DNA of 64,000 bases from positions 4,537 through 68,536 of the forward strand of contig CAUJED010000104.1 in the NCBI GenBank assembly GCA_963169535.1, read 5' to 3'. Position 1 is the first letter of the stretch; each line of letters opens with the position of its first letter. The stretch comes from Bacteroidota bacterium (lineage in GTDB: Bacteria; Bacteroidota; Bacteroidia; Flavobacteriales_F; PHOS-HE28). The notes under the pieces were generated by a model. That model ran no database searches. It saw only the letters and a list, made by a program, of their open reading frames with translations, and had not been told where the DNA came from. The position numbers were made by a program, and so were the translations under genes. This document shows positions 18,265-27,811 of the stretch, piece after piece.

Positions 18265-20366
18265 GCGGATACGATCCGCCCGGTGCGCCTGGCCTTTCGG
18301 GTGATGCGCGCTCGGCCTTCCAAGGTGGCGTCCGGGTGCAGGATGATGCGGCAGCCTTTGTTCACCTTGAGCTTGGCCTGTCGCGCCAGCACGAGGCGAC
18401 TTCCGGGCATCAGGTGCAGGATGCTGTTGTTGGCCAGCTCCAGCGTTGCCTTGTCCTCCACCAGGATCGAGGCTCCGGGTTGTGCGGCCATCCGTGTAGG
18501 CATGCTGAACCACAGGTGCCCGCCCGCCGTGTCCACCGGGGTCATTCGGGTGGGCGAGAGGGAGCGGTCCAGCAGCAGGCGGTTCCCGCGTGTGATGGTG
18601 AGGGAGTGGCCATCGCCACCGCGCAAGGCTGGTAGGGCGATACTGTCGGCACACCACCGTTGATCGCTCACCAGGCGTGTGTCATTGGTGCTCACCCGCA
18701 CCAAAGCGTCGCCATTGGCGCGCATCTCCAGCAGGTCCACGCGGATGCCATTGAGGTGGATGGTGCGTACATCGGGGGCCTTGCCGTCATGGGTGGCTCT
18801 GGAGCCCGTACTGAACAGGGTGAGCATGTTCGCGCTCGATGGGTTGGTGCACATGCCCAAGCTGGATACGCCGCCGGGCTGGAAAGCGTGGTCGGCCTTG
18901 CCATAAAGCACCAGGTCCACATCGGGCTTCCCCCGTTCGTGCCGTATCCCGGGTACCCAGTGCTCCGCACGTTGCACCACCCCGTTGCCATCGCGATCGT
19001 ACACGGGCAGCTCCTGCTCATGGAAGCCGGTGAATGGGTTGGCCAACGCAGGGTCGCGGACGAAGTACAGGGCGTTGGTGCCGAACGGACAGCTGTTGCG
19101 CAGGGTGTCGCCGCGCAGATGAAGATCGTAGTTGCCGTTGGCCAGCACGGGACGGAGGTAGTCCGCCGCACCGGCGTAGATACGGGCTCCAATACGTTCC
19201 TCGCGCCCCACCTGCATGGTCATGAACAATCCTGGGCGCATACCGGCGACGCACGGGTTGATGCCTTCCCAGTGGAAACGGTCCGTAGGGCTGCCATTGC
19301 GCGCCTGGCCCTGGTGGTTCTCGATCCAAAGCCATTGTTGTACCCGGTCATTCGGGATGAAGGGCATTCGGATGCGCAGCGCATCGCCGGTGGGAACGAA
19401 GTCGCGCAGGACGAAGAGGCCGGTATCGCCCGCGATGGGGTCCAGGTCGCCGTTCACTTCATGGCCTTCCAAATGGCGCGCACGGATCCTGTAGCGTACG
19501 CTGTCGGGCTGCCACCCCATGCGATCCCGGTCCCAGGCACAGCAGGTGAGCAGGCTGCTGCCGCTGGCGCCCATCATGCTCCATCCGCCCTGGAGCGGGA
19601 GAAAGGTGCTCTCGAACGTTGCGGCGTTGCCCCCACCACTATGGAAGTTGTTCCCACCGATCAGCAGGTGGTTGAATTCGTGTTTGAGGATCTCGAAGGG
19701 TAGGCCATTGGCGGCACCGAAACGCGATTGGGTGTCGCTGCGATAGCCGTACAGCTCACCTGGTGAGCCACTATCCGTACTGCCTTGTCCGTGCCCCAGC
19801 CCACTGTTCCGTACGATCACCATCAGGTGGTCATAGCCCTGGGGGTCATCGGGACCCGGGAGCTTCGGCTCGCCGGCCTTGCCACGGGCCTTCCACAGGT
19901 CGAAGTCCGCGATGCCCATACCATGGCGTGTGCGCAGACCTCCCCGCTTGTTGGCTTCCTTCACTGCGTGGATCCCGATGGAGTGGGCCTGATGCACACC
20001 CGGGTATTCACTCTCCTTCAGGGTGATCACGGTGTCGATGTGATCGCCGAGCACGGTGTATCGCCCAAGGGAGATGTCTTGGTAATAGCGGGACACCTCG
20101 GCCTGTTGAACGGGCATTGGGAATGGATCGAACAGCTGGTCCTTCCAATGCGGAAGCTGGCCTTTGGGCCAGTGGTGTGCGCCGTCGGGCTGGGGGTCCT
20201 TGTCCGGGTTCACATCGAAATCGATCTCGACGAAAAGGACCAGGATACGAATGGTGCCGTGTGGGGAGAGATACCATCCGTTCTCGCTTCGCTGCTCGAC
20301 CCGCTCCTGTGCATGGAACAGCATCGGGAGTAGGAGGAGTGCGAGGAAGGAACCGAAGCGAGGCAT
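18258..20366 (-). CDS. Secreted hypothetical protein with an HExxH zinc-metalloprotease motif
   Basis: The start is placed at the ATG at 20366, which gives a signal peptide MPRFGSFLALLLLPMLFHAQE. Contains HEFNHLLIGG. No recognisable T9SS CTD. Its 3' end overlaps the purF 3' end by 7 nt. Confidence 0.6.
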   Translation of the reverse strand: MPRFGSFLALLLLPMLFHAQERVEQRSENGWYLSPHGTIRILVLFVEIDFDVNPDKDPQPDGAHHWPKGQLPHWKDQLFDPFPMPVQQAEVSRYYQDISLGRYTVLGDHIDTVITLKESEYPGVHQAHSIGIHAVKEANKRGGLRTRHGMGIADFDLWKARGKAGEPKLPGPDDPQGYDHLMVIVRNSGLGHGQGSTDSGSPGELYGYRSDTQSRFGAANGLPFEILKHEFNHLLIGGNNFHSGGGNAATFESTFLPLQGGWSMMGASGSSLLTCCAWDRDRMGWQPDSVRYRIRARHLEGHEVNGDLDPIAGDTGLFVLRDFVPTGDALRIRMPFIPNDRVQQWLWIENHQGQARNGSPTDRFHWEGINPCVAGMRPGLFMTMQVGREERIGARIYAGAADYLRPVLANGNYDLHLRGDTLRNSCPFGTNALYFVRDPALANPFTGFHEQELPVYDRDGNGVVQRAEHWVPGIRHERGKPDVDLVLYGKADHAFQPGGVSSLGMCTNPSSANMLTLFSTGSRATHDGKAPDVRTIHLNGIRVDLLEMRANGDALVRVSTNDTRLVSDQRWCADSIALPALRGGDGHSLTITRGNRLLLDRSLSPTRMTPVDTAGGHLWFSMPTRMAAQPGASILVEDKATLELANNSILHLMPGSRLVLARQAKLKVNKGCRIILHPDATLEGRARITRKARRTGRIVSAQ

Positions 20367-20401
20367 AGGGCCGAAGGTAATCGCCGACCTGCCGGTGGCG
20401 C

Positions 20402-20932
20402 CTACTGGACCTTGGGCGCCTTGTACAGCGGCACGGTGCTGCACGGCTCGCCGAACATCAGGCTCTTCACCACGGGAAGCAGCTTCGTGCTCAGTTCCAC
20501 ATAGGCGTTCAGCGGAACAGGGAGCTTGCTGCAACCCTTCACCACAACGCGAGCGCTACGATAGGGCTCCGTGTCCAGCAGCTGAACGAAGCGGGTGAAC
20601 ACCGCACGTTCCAGCTGTTCCGCATCGCCCTGGGTAACGAATGCGGCGTGCGGCTGCAAGTGGGTGGCCACCAGCATATAGGCCCAGGTGGGCACGATCG
20701 CGTCAGCGGAACAATGCACCGAGACGAACTTGCCCTTGTACTGCGACCAGTCGTGTGTCTTACAGAAGGTACGCAGGTCATCCTCCTTCAGTGCGATCTC
20801 TTGCCAGAGCAACGGCTTCAGGTCGAACACCACACGCTCAGCAGCCGGGTACAGCTCCTCCAGGTCGAGGGTGATGATCCCGCTCGAGGCGACCTTGTTG
20901 ATGATGGGGTTTTCGTCGCTCATGGAGCCCAT
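20402..20932 (-). CDS. DUF2480 family protein (conserved tail gene of Bacteroidota suf clusters)
   Basis: MGSMSDENPIINKVASSGIITLDLEELYP... The upstream part of the 324-aa track ORF overlaps the DUF59 gene and has Arg/Gly-rich shadow composition, so the ATG at 20932 (or 20923) was chosen. Confidence 0.7.
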   Translation of the reverse strand: MGSMSDENPIINKVASSGIITLDLEELYPAAERVVFDLKPLLWQEIALKEDDLRTFCKTHDWSQYKGKFVSVHCSADAIVPTWAYMLVATHLQPHAAFVTQGDAEQLERAVFTRFVQLLDTEPYRSARVVVKGCSKLPVPLNAYVELSTKLLPVVKSLMFGEPCSTVPLYKAPKVQ

Positions 20933-21021
20933 TTGCGTGTTGGCGGGATACGTGTTGCGCTGTGTCTTTGTGCCGTTGCGGTTCGTATTTCCCCGGTGAC
21001 CTCTGTGCCGCTGTGGTGAAC

Positions 21022-21342
21022 TTACATGAAGCCGAGTTCCAGTTGCGCCGCCTCGCTCATCATCGTGCGATCCCATGGCGGTTCGAAGGTGAGCTCCACC
21101 TTGGCGCTCTTCACACCCTGCACACCGGCCGCCTTCTGTTCCACCTCGCCGGGCAGGGTCCCCGCCACCGGGCATGCCGGACTGGTCAACGTCATCTTGA
21201 TGTACACGCTGGCATCGTCGTGGATCACCACATCGTAGATGAGCCCCAGTTCGTACACGTCCACGGGGATCTCCGGGTCGTACACGGTCTTGAGCGAGTT
21301 GATGATGCTCTCTTCGAGGGCTTTCTTCTCTTCGGAGGTCAT
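21022..21342 (-). CDS. DUF59/MIP18-family Fe-S assembly protein (SufT-like)
   Basis: 106 aa with VYDPEIPVDVYELGLIY and the conserved Cys context TLTSPACPVAG. Confidence 0.85.
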   Translation of the reverse strand: MTSEEKKALEESIINSLKTVYDPEIPVDVYELGLIYDVVIHDDASVYIKMTLTSPACPVAGTLPGEVEQKAAGVQGVKSAKVELTFEPPWDRTMMSEAAQLELGFM

Positions 21343-21373
21343 GGCATGCTGGGCATTGAAGAGAATGCAGTCT

Positions 21374-21449
21374 CACGCAGAGGCGCAGAGAACGCAGAGA
21401 AGAAGAGCCCGTTACTGCATTCCCTCTGCGTACGCTGCGCCTCTGCGTG
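21374..21449 (-). repeat. Inverted repeat (hairpin) in the sufE-DUF59 spacer
   Basis: CACGCAGAGGCGCAGAGAACGCAGAG (21374-21399) against CTCTGCGTACGCTGCGCCTCTGCGTG (21424-21449): 22/26 complementary, including a perfect 15-mer. Confidence 0.8.
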
Positions 21450-21469
21450 AAAATGGGCTACTGCTTGCA

Positions 21470-21910
21470 TTATCCTTGGCGTGAGGTAGACGAATAAGCG
21501 AGCGCATACCGTTTCATCTGGTCGATCATCGCACTCAACCCGTTCGCGCGGTTCGGGCTCAGGTGTTCGCGAAGGCCGATCTTATCGATGAATTCGGTGG
21601 AGGCGTTCAGCATCTCCTGTGGTGTGCGATCGTTGTACACACGCACCAGCAGGGCCACGATACCCTTGGTGATCATGGCGTCGCTGTCGGCGGTGAAGTG
21701 GATCAGGCCGTTCTGCGGCGCGGCATGCAACCACACGCGACTCTGGCACCCACGCACGAGGTTGTCGTCGGTCTTGTGCTCCGGCGGGATCAACGGCAGG
21801 TCCTTGCCCAGCTCGATCAGGTGCTCATAGCGGTCCTGCCAGTCCGTGAACATGGCGAACTCGTCCACGAGTTCCAGCTGCATTGCGGCCAATGTCGTCG
21901 TGGTACTCAT
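21470..21910 (-). CDS. sufE: Cysteine desulfuration protein SufE
   Basis: Conserved Cys context LVRGCQSRVWLHA. The ATG at 21910 overlaps the sufS stop (ATGA). The track's longer N-terminus is Gly/His-rich read-through. Confidence 0.88.
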   Translation of the reverse strand: MSTTTTLAAMQLELVDEFAMFTDWQDRYEHLIELGKDLPLIPPEHKTDDNLVRGCQSRVWLHAAPQNGLIHFTADSDAMITKGIVALLVRVYNDRTPQEMLNASTEFIDKIGLREHLSPNRANGLSAMIDQMKRYALAYSSTSRQG

Positions 21911-23154
21911 CGCAACATCTTGATGGCCTTCTTCACCGCTACCACCATTGTGTCCACCTCCTCCATTGTATTGAAACAAGCGAAGCTCGCCCGTGTCGTT
22001 CCGCTCACGCTGAAGCGGTCCATCAGCGGCTGCGTGCAGTGGTGACCCGTGCGTACGGCGATGCCCTGCTGGTCGAGCAAGGTGCCGAGATCGTAGTGGT
22101 GAACACCGTCAATGACGAAGCTGATCACGCCCACCTTCTCTTTCGCTGTGCCGATGATCCGGAGCCCCTCGATGGCGAGCAGTTCCTTGATCGCGTGCGC
22201 GAGCAGCTCTTGCTCATGCGCGGCCATCGCTGACTTGTCGTAATCCTCCATCCAACGGAAAGCCTCGCCCAGCCCGATGATCCCTGCAATGTTCGGCGTG
22301 CCGGCCTCGAACTTGAACGGCAGCTTCGCCCAAGTGCTCTTGGCAAAAGTCACCGTATCGATCATCTCGCCGCCGCCTTGGTAGGGTGGCATCCGTTCCA
22401 GCAGTTCCTCGCGGCCGTACAACACGCCAATGCCGGTAGGACCGTAGGCCTTGTGCCCGCTGAAGGTATAAAGGTCGCAGCTGAGGTCCTGCACGTCGAC
22501 GTTCAAGTGCGCGATGGCCTGTGCGCCGTCCACTACGGTGATGATGCCGCGCTTCTTCGCTTCGGCGACCAATTCCTTCACTGGGTTGATGGTCCCAAGT
22601 GTATTGCTGACATGCGAGATCGCGAGGACGCGACAATTAGCTAATTGGCTAATTAGCGAATTGGCTGATCGAATATCCCACTCCCCACTATCCGTGATGG
22701 GGATCACCTTCAGCGTTGCCCCATGCCGCTCACAGGCCAGCTGCCAGGGCACGATGTTGCTGTGGTGCTCCATGCCACTGATCACCACCTCGTCGCCCTT
22801 CTTCAGTAACAATTGGCCAAGACTTGTCGCAGCGAGGTTGATGCCCGCGGTGGTGCCACTGGTGAAAATGATCTCGTGCGCGTGCTTCGCGTTGATGTGC
22901 TTGCGGACGATCTCCCGAGCGGCCTCCTGCGCTTCGGTGGCCTTGGTGCTCAGCGCATGCACACCGCGATGCACGTTGGCGTTGATCGTGGCGTAGTAGG
23001 CGCTTTCGGCCTTGATGACGCGGCGCGGCTTCTGACTGGTCGCGGCATTGTCGAAGTACACCAGCGGCTTGCCGTGCACCAATTCCTTCAGGATCGGGAA
23101 CTGCGCGCGGATCTCTTCGACGTTGAAGGCTGGTTTCACCGCTGTGGTTTTCAT
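21907..23154 (-). CDS. sufS: Cysteine desulfurase SufS (class V aminotransferase, group II)
   Basis: PLP-Lys context FSGHKAYGPTGIGVLYG and catalytic Cys context RTGHHCTQPLM. The start is set at the ATG at 23154 (MKTTAVKPAFNVEEIRAQFPIL). Confidence 0.93.
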   Translation of the reverse strand: MKTTAVKPAFNVEEIRAQFPILKELVHGKPLVYFDNAATSQKPRRVIKAESAYYATINANVHRGVHALSTKATEAQEAAREIVRKHINAKHAHEIIFTSGTTAGINLAATSLGQLLLKKGDEVVISGMEHHSNIVPWQLACERHGATLKVIPITDSGEWDIRSANSLISQLANCRVLAISHVSNTLGTINPVKELVAEAKKRGIITVVDGAQAIAHLNVDVQDLSCDLYTFSGHKAYGPTGIGVLYGREELLERMPPYQGGGEMIDTVTFAKSTWAKLPFKFEAGTPNIAGIIGLGEAFRWMEDYDKSAMAAHEQELLAHAIKELLAIEGLRIIGTAKEKVGVISFVIDGVHHYDLGTLLDQQGIAVRTGHHCTQPLMDRFSVSGTTRASFACFNTMEEVDTMVVAVKKAIKMLR

Positions 23155-23269
23155 GCGTGGAACTGCATTGAACTGCGGCGATGCGAGGACGCAACGGGAA
23201 CGCCACGTTCGGATCGAATGCAATTGGCGATGCACATTCGTTGCGTCGCTGCGTTGTTGCGGTTAATCC

Positions 23270-24580
23270 TCATAGCGTTGCGAGCTTGGCATCGATGAGG
23301 TTGGTCAACACTGCCTTCCACTCCTCGTTCTGCACCCGCTCCACCACCTCGGTGATGAAGGCATGGGCCATCAGCTTGCGCGCTTCGGCCTCGCTCACCC
23401 CGCGTGAACGCAGGTAGAACAGTCCCTTCTCGTCCAGCCGGCCGATGGTGCATCCGTGGCTGCACTTCACGTCGTCGGCGTAGATCTCCAGCTCGGGCTT
23501 GGTGTACACCTTGGCATCATCGCCCAGGAGGATGTTGGCGTTGCTCTGGTAGGCGCGGGTGCGCTGCGCGTCCTGCTTCACGTACACCTTGCCATTGAAC
23601 ACGCTAGTGCCTTTTCCGGCCACGATGCCCTTGTAGAGCTCATCGCTGGTGCAGTCCGGCACATTGTGACCGATGTACGTGTGGTTGTCGCAGTGCGTGG
23701 TGCCGTTCAGCAGGTACACGCCGTTCAGCTCGGCATGTGCTTCGGCGCCGGCGAGTGACACGTTCACGTCGTTGCGGATCAGAGTTCCATCCAGCGTGGT
23801 GGTGCTGAGGCTGAACCGCGCCTTCGCGGCGACACGAACACCCTCGAGGCTGATGTTGGCCGGGCCGTTCACCTCGTGCTGCAGCTTGTGGAGCGTGAGG
23901 CGTGCGCCTTCACCCACCACGCATTCGCGCACACTGTTCACGAAGGCTTCGGGAGTATCCACGGCAATGTGCTCGATGATCACTTCCGCCTCCGCGCCTT
24001 CGTGCAGCATGAACAGATCGCGGGGCTGAATGAGGATGGGCCGATGATCATCGGCCCGTACCACATGCAGTACGTGGATCGGCTTCTCCACCTTCACGCC
24101 CTTGGTCACCAGCAGGATCAGGCCGTCCGTGGGCGCGGCGGTGTTCATGGCGGTGAAGAGGCGATCGTTCGCAGGTGCAAGCGTGCCGTAGTGCTCCTTC
24201 ACGGGGCCGTGCGTGAGGTGGTGCTTCAGGCTGTCGATCACTAAGCCCTTCTGGCCCTTCAGATCATCGCTCAGGTCCGCGCGGAAGTGGCCGTTCACGA
24301 AGACCACGCGCAGGGCATCGAAGGGCAACCGTGCGGGCAGCCCGACGCCAGCATCCCCCTTCGGCGCAGCATACGACCGGTTGAACAGCTTGGCCACGCG
24401 GGTGTACTTCCACGCTTCGGTCTTGCTCGTTGGGATGGGCAGGGTCTTTACCTGGACCAGCGCTGCGGCGGCACCCGGCCATGCCGAGCCTTCGAGCAGC
24501 GGCAGCACGGTGGCCTTGGGGTCGGTTATTGTTGTGCTTGTCATGCCGTTGGGGCGAACGTTCGTACGCCCGTACATCAT
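23270..24580 (-). CDS. sufD: Fe-S cluster assembly protein SufD
   Basis: 436-aa ORF between sufC and sufS with the SufBD beta-helix C-terminal region (...YTKPELEIYADDVKCSHGCTIGRLDE...). An alternative ATG at 24544 is equally plausible. Confidence 0.9.
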   Translation of the reverse strand: MMYGRTNVRPNGMTSTTITDPKATVLPLLEGSAWPGAAAALVQVKTLPIPTSKTEAWKYTRVAKLFNRSYAAPKGDAGVGLPARLPFDALRVVFVNGHFRADLSDDLKGQKGLVIDSLKHHLTHGPVKEHYGTLAPANDRLFTAMNTAAPTDGLILLVTKGVKVEKPIHVLHVVRADDHRPILIQPRDLFMLHEGAEAEVIIEHIAVDTPEAFVNSVRECVVGEGARLTLHKLQHEVNGPANISLEGVRVAAKARFSLSTTTLDGTLIRNDVNVSLAGAEAHAELNGVYLLNGTTHCDNHTYIGHNVPDCTSDELYKGIVAGKGTSVFNGKVYVKQDAQRTRAYQSNANILLGDDAKVYTKPELEIYADDVKCSHGCTIGRLDEKGLFYLRSRGVSEAEARKLMAHAFITEVVERVQNEEWKAVLTNLIDAKLATL

Positions 24581-25321
<741 letters not shown>

Positions 25322-25345
25322 GGCTGATTGGCTAATTGCTGAGCG

Positions 25346-25756
25346 CTAATTCGCCGACGCTGGTTTGCGCGGGTACTTGTTGCCTTTGATGTCCGTGGTG
25401 CGCAGGTAGCGCATGAAGTTGCCGATGTCCTTGCTCTCGTCCTTGCACATGTAGAAAGCTTGGTCGAACTCTTCCTGTGTGATGTGCCCGCGATCAAGCG
25501 CTCGATACAACTGTGACCGGGTCTCGCCGATGGACCCCTTCGAGATGGACAGGAACTGAACGAACTCCTTGGTACCATCCCGTTCGAACCCTTCGGCGAT
25601 GTTGTCCATACACGAGCCTGAGGAACGATTGATCTGATCTTTCAACCCGAAGTCTTTGGCGAACCTATCCTTCTGAGTGAGGGCCCAGATCTCCTTGCAC
25701 AGCTCGCGGGCTTTTTGCCAGATGCCGAGTTCTTCGAAGGTTGTGATCGTGGCCAT
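25346..25756 (-). CDS. Four-helix-bundle protein of the 23S-rRNA-IVS / Avd family, inserted between sufB and sufC
   Basis: MATITTFEELGIWQKARELCKEIW..., RSSGSCMDNIAEGFER, SKGSIGETRSQLYRA. The start is set at the ATG at 25756, since the track's 38-codon extension is spacer read-through. Confidence 0.85.
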   Translation of the reverse strand: MATITTFEELGIWQKARELCKEIWALTQKDRFAKDFGLKDQINRSSGSCMDNIAEGFERDGTKEFVQFLSISKGSIGETRSQLYRALDRGHITQEEFDQAFYMCKDESKDIGNFMRYLRTTDIKGNKYPRKPASAN

Positions 25757-25771
25757 GGCCGATTTGCAATT

Positions 25772-25867
25772 GCTGATTGGCTGATTGCTAATTCGCGTGT
25801 GTCGTGCTGTGGATGAGGTGTGGCAAAGGGGGTTGGATCGGTGAATCAGCAATCGGCAATCAGAAAT
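25772..25867 (-). repeat. Inverted repeat in the sufB-4HB spacer. Its left arm is also a direct repeat of 25323-25354 on the other side of the 4HB gene.
   Basis: CTGATTGGCTGATTGCTAATTCGC (25773-25796) against GTGAATCAGCAATCGGCAATCAG (25841-25863): about 20/24 complementary with one gap. GCTGATTGGCTAATTGCT (25323-25340) matches 25772-25789 at 17/18. Confidence 0.75.
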
Positions 25868-27315
25868 CATCCAACAGATCCCTCAAGGCTTACAGCCAAC
25901 AACTTCTGCGCTTCCACCGCGAACTCCATCGGCAACTGGTTCAGCACCTCCTTGCAGTAGCCGTTCACGATCAGGCTCACGGCTTTCTCCGTCTCGATAC
26001 CGCGCTGGTTGAGGTAGAAGATCTGGTCCTCGCCGATCTTGCTTGTAGTGGCCTCGTGCTCCACCATCGCACTCGGGTTCTCGCTCTCGATGTAGGGGAA
26101 CGTGTGCGCACCGCAGCGGTCGCCGAGCAGCAGCGAGTCGCACTGGCTGAAGTTGCGGGCGCTCTTCGCGCCGCGGCCGATCTTCACCAGACCGCGGTAG
26201 CTGTTGTTGCTGAAACCCGCGCTGATGCCCTTGCTCACGATGGTGCTCTTGGTGCCCTTGCCGATGTGGACCATCTTGGTGCCCGTGTCGGCCTGCTGCC
26301 GGTTGTTGGTCACCGCCACGCTGTAGAACTCACCGGTGCTGTGGTCGCCCTTGAGCACGCAGCTCGGGTATTTCCAGGTGATCGCGCTGCCGGTCTCCAC
26401 CTGCGTCCAGCTGATCTTGCTGCGTTCGCCCAGGCACATTCCGCGCTTGGTGACGAAGTTGTAGATGCCGCCCTTACCGTCCTTGTCGCCGGGATACCAG
26501 TTCTGTACGGTGCTGTACTTGATCTCGGCGTCCTTCAGCGCCACCAACTCCACCACGGCGGCGTGCAGCTGGTGCTCATCGCGGATTGGCGCGGTGCAGC
26601 CTTCGAGGTAGCTCACGTACGCGCCCTCGTCGGCGATCAGCAGCGTGCGCTCGAACTGGCCGGTCATGGCCTCGTTGATGCGGAAGTAGGTGCTCAGTTC
26701 CATGGGGCAGCGCACGCCCGGCGGGATGTAGCAGAAGCTGCCATCGCTGAACACGGCGCTGTTGAGCGCGGCGAAGTAGTTGTCCGTGCGCGGAACGACT
26801 GATCCCAGGTACTTCTTGATCAAGTCTGGATGTTCACGCACCGCTTCGCTGAACGAGCAGAAGATGATGCCCTTTTCCTTAAGTGCCGCCTGAAAGGTGG
26901 TCTTCACGCTCACGCTGTCGAAGACGACATCCACGGCCACCCCTGCGAGGCGCTTCTGTTCTTCCAGCGAGATCCCCAGCTTCTCGAAGGTCTTCACCAG
27001 TTCGGGGTCGGCCTCGTCCAGGCTATTGAGTTGGGGCTTCTTCTTCGGCGCGCTGTAGTAATAGGCGTCCTGGTAGTCGATCTTCGGGTAGTGCACGTGG
27101 GCCCAGGCGGGTTCCTCCATCTTCTGCCACAGGCGGAAGGCTTCGAGCCTCCACTCCAGCATCCACTCCGGCTCTTCCTTCTTCTTGCTGATGAAGCGCA
27201 CGATGTCCTCGTTCAGCCCTTTCTCCGCCTTTTCGCTCTCGATGTTCGTAACGAAGCCGTAGGCGTATTCCTTCTCGGTGACCTCGCGGAGGATATCGTC
27301 GGTGTCTTGTGCCAT
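25867..27315 (-). CDS. sufB: Fe-S cluster assembly scaffold protein SufB
   Basis: 482 aa of typical SufB sequence (…[34 protein letters not shown]…[18 protein letters not shown]…). Confidence 0.95.
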   Translation of the reverse strand: MAQDTDDILREVTEKEYAYGFVTNIESEKAEKGLNEDIVRFISKKKEEPEWMLEWRLEAFRLWQKMEEPAWAHVHYPKIDYQDAYYYSAPKKKPQLNSLDEADPELVKTFEKLGISLEEQKRLAGVAVDVVFDSVSVKTTFQAALKEKGIIFCSFSEAVREHPDLIKKYLGSVVPRTDNYFAALNSAVFSDGSFCYIPPGVRCPMELSTYFRINEAMTGQFERTLLIADEGAYVSYLEGCTAPIRDEHQLHAAVVELVALKDAEIKYSTVQNWYPGDKDGKGGIYNFVTKRGMCLGERSKISWTQVETGSAITWKYPSCVLKGDHSTGEFYSVAVTNNRQQADTGTKMVHIGKGTKSTIVSKGISAGFSNNSYRGLVKIGRGAKSARNFSQCDSLLLGDRCGAHTFPYIESENPSAMVEHEATTSKIGEDQIFYLNQRGIETEKAVSLIVNGYCKEVLNQLPMEFAVEAQKLLAVSLEGSVG

Positions 27316-27324
27316 TGGACAGCA

Positions 27325-27438
27325 GGTGAAAATGGTGAGGGTGGCGAGAGTGGTGAAAAAGTGGGGCTACAGGTCACGGGTAGGGTTCATCGTCCGAGGC
27401 ATTTCACTTTCTCTCCAATTTCACCATTCTCACCACTG
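27325..27438 (-). repeat. Long imperfect inverted repeat (hairpin) in the sufA-sufB spacer
   Basis: GGTGAAAATGGTGAGGGTGGCGAGAGTGGTGAAAAAGTGG (27325-27364) against CATTTCACTTTCTCTCCAATTTCACCATTCTCACCACTG (27400-27438): about 20/26 complementary in the core, with a 35-nt loop. Confidence 0.75.
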
Positions 27439-27444
27439 TATCCA

Positions 27445-27771
27445 TCATATCGAGAAACTCTCGCCGCAACCACAGGTACGCGAGGCGTTCGGGTTCACGA
27501 ACTGGAAGCCCTTGCCGTTGAGGCCACCGCTGAACTCGAGCGTGGTGCCCAGCAGGTAGAGCAGGCTCTTCTTGTCCACCACCACCTTCACGCCGTTGTC
27601 CTCGAACACCTTGTCGCCGTCCTTCATCTGGTCGTCGAAGGTGAGGTCGTACATGAGACCGGAACAGCCGCCGCCCTTCACTCCGACGCGCACAAAGTGC
27701 TGGGGACCGCGGCCTTCCATCCCCAGGAGCTTGGTCACTTCTGTCTTCGCGGTTTCCGAGACTTTGATCAT
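27445..27771 (-). CDS. HesB/IscA-family A-type Fe-S carrier (SufA/ErpA-like)
   Basis: 108 aa, GGCSGLMYDL, and a C-terminal CGCGESFSI motif. It is the first gene of the suf cluster. Confidence 0.9.
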   Translation of the reverse strand: MIKVSETAKTEVTKLLGMEGRGPQHFVRVGVKGGGCSGLMYDLTFDDQMKDGDKVFEDNGVKVVVDKKSLLYLLGTTLEFSGGLNGKGFQFVNPNASRTCGCGESFSI

Positions 27772-27811
27772 GGCGGACCTTATTTAGAATTCGTCTAAAT
27801 CAAGCGGGTCA

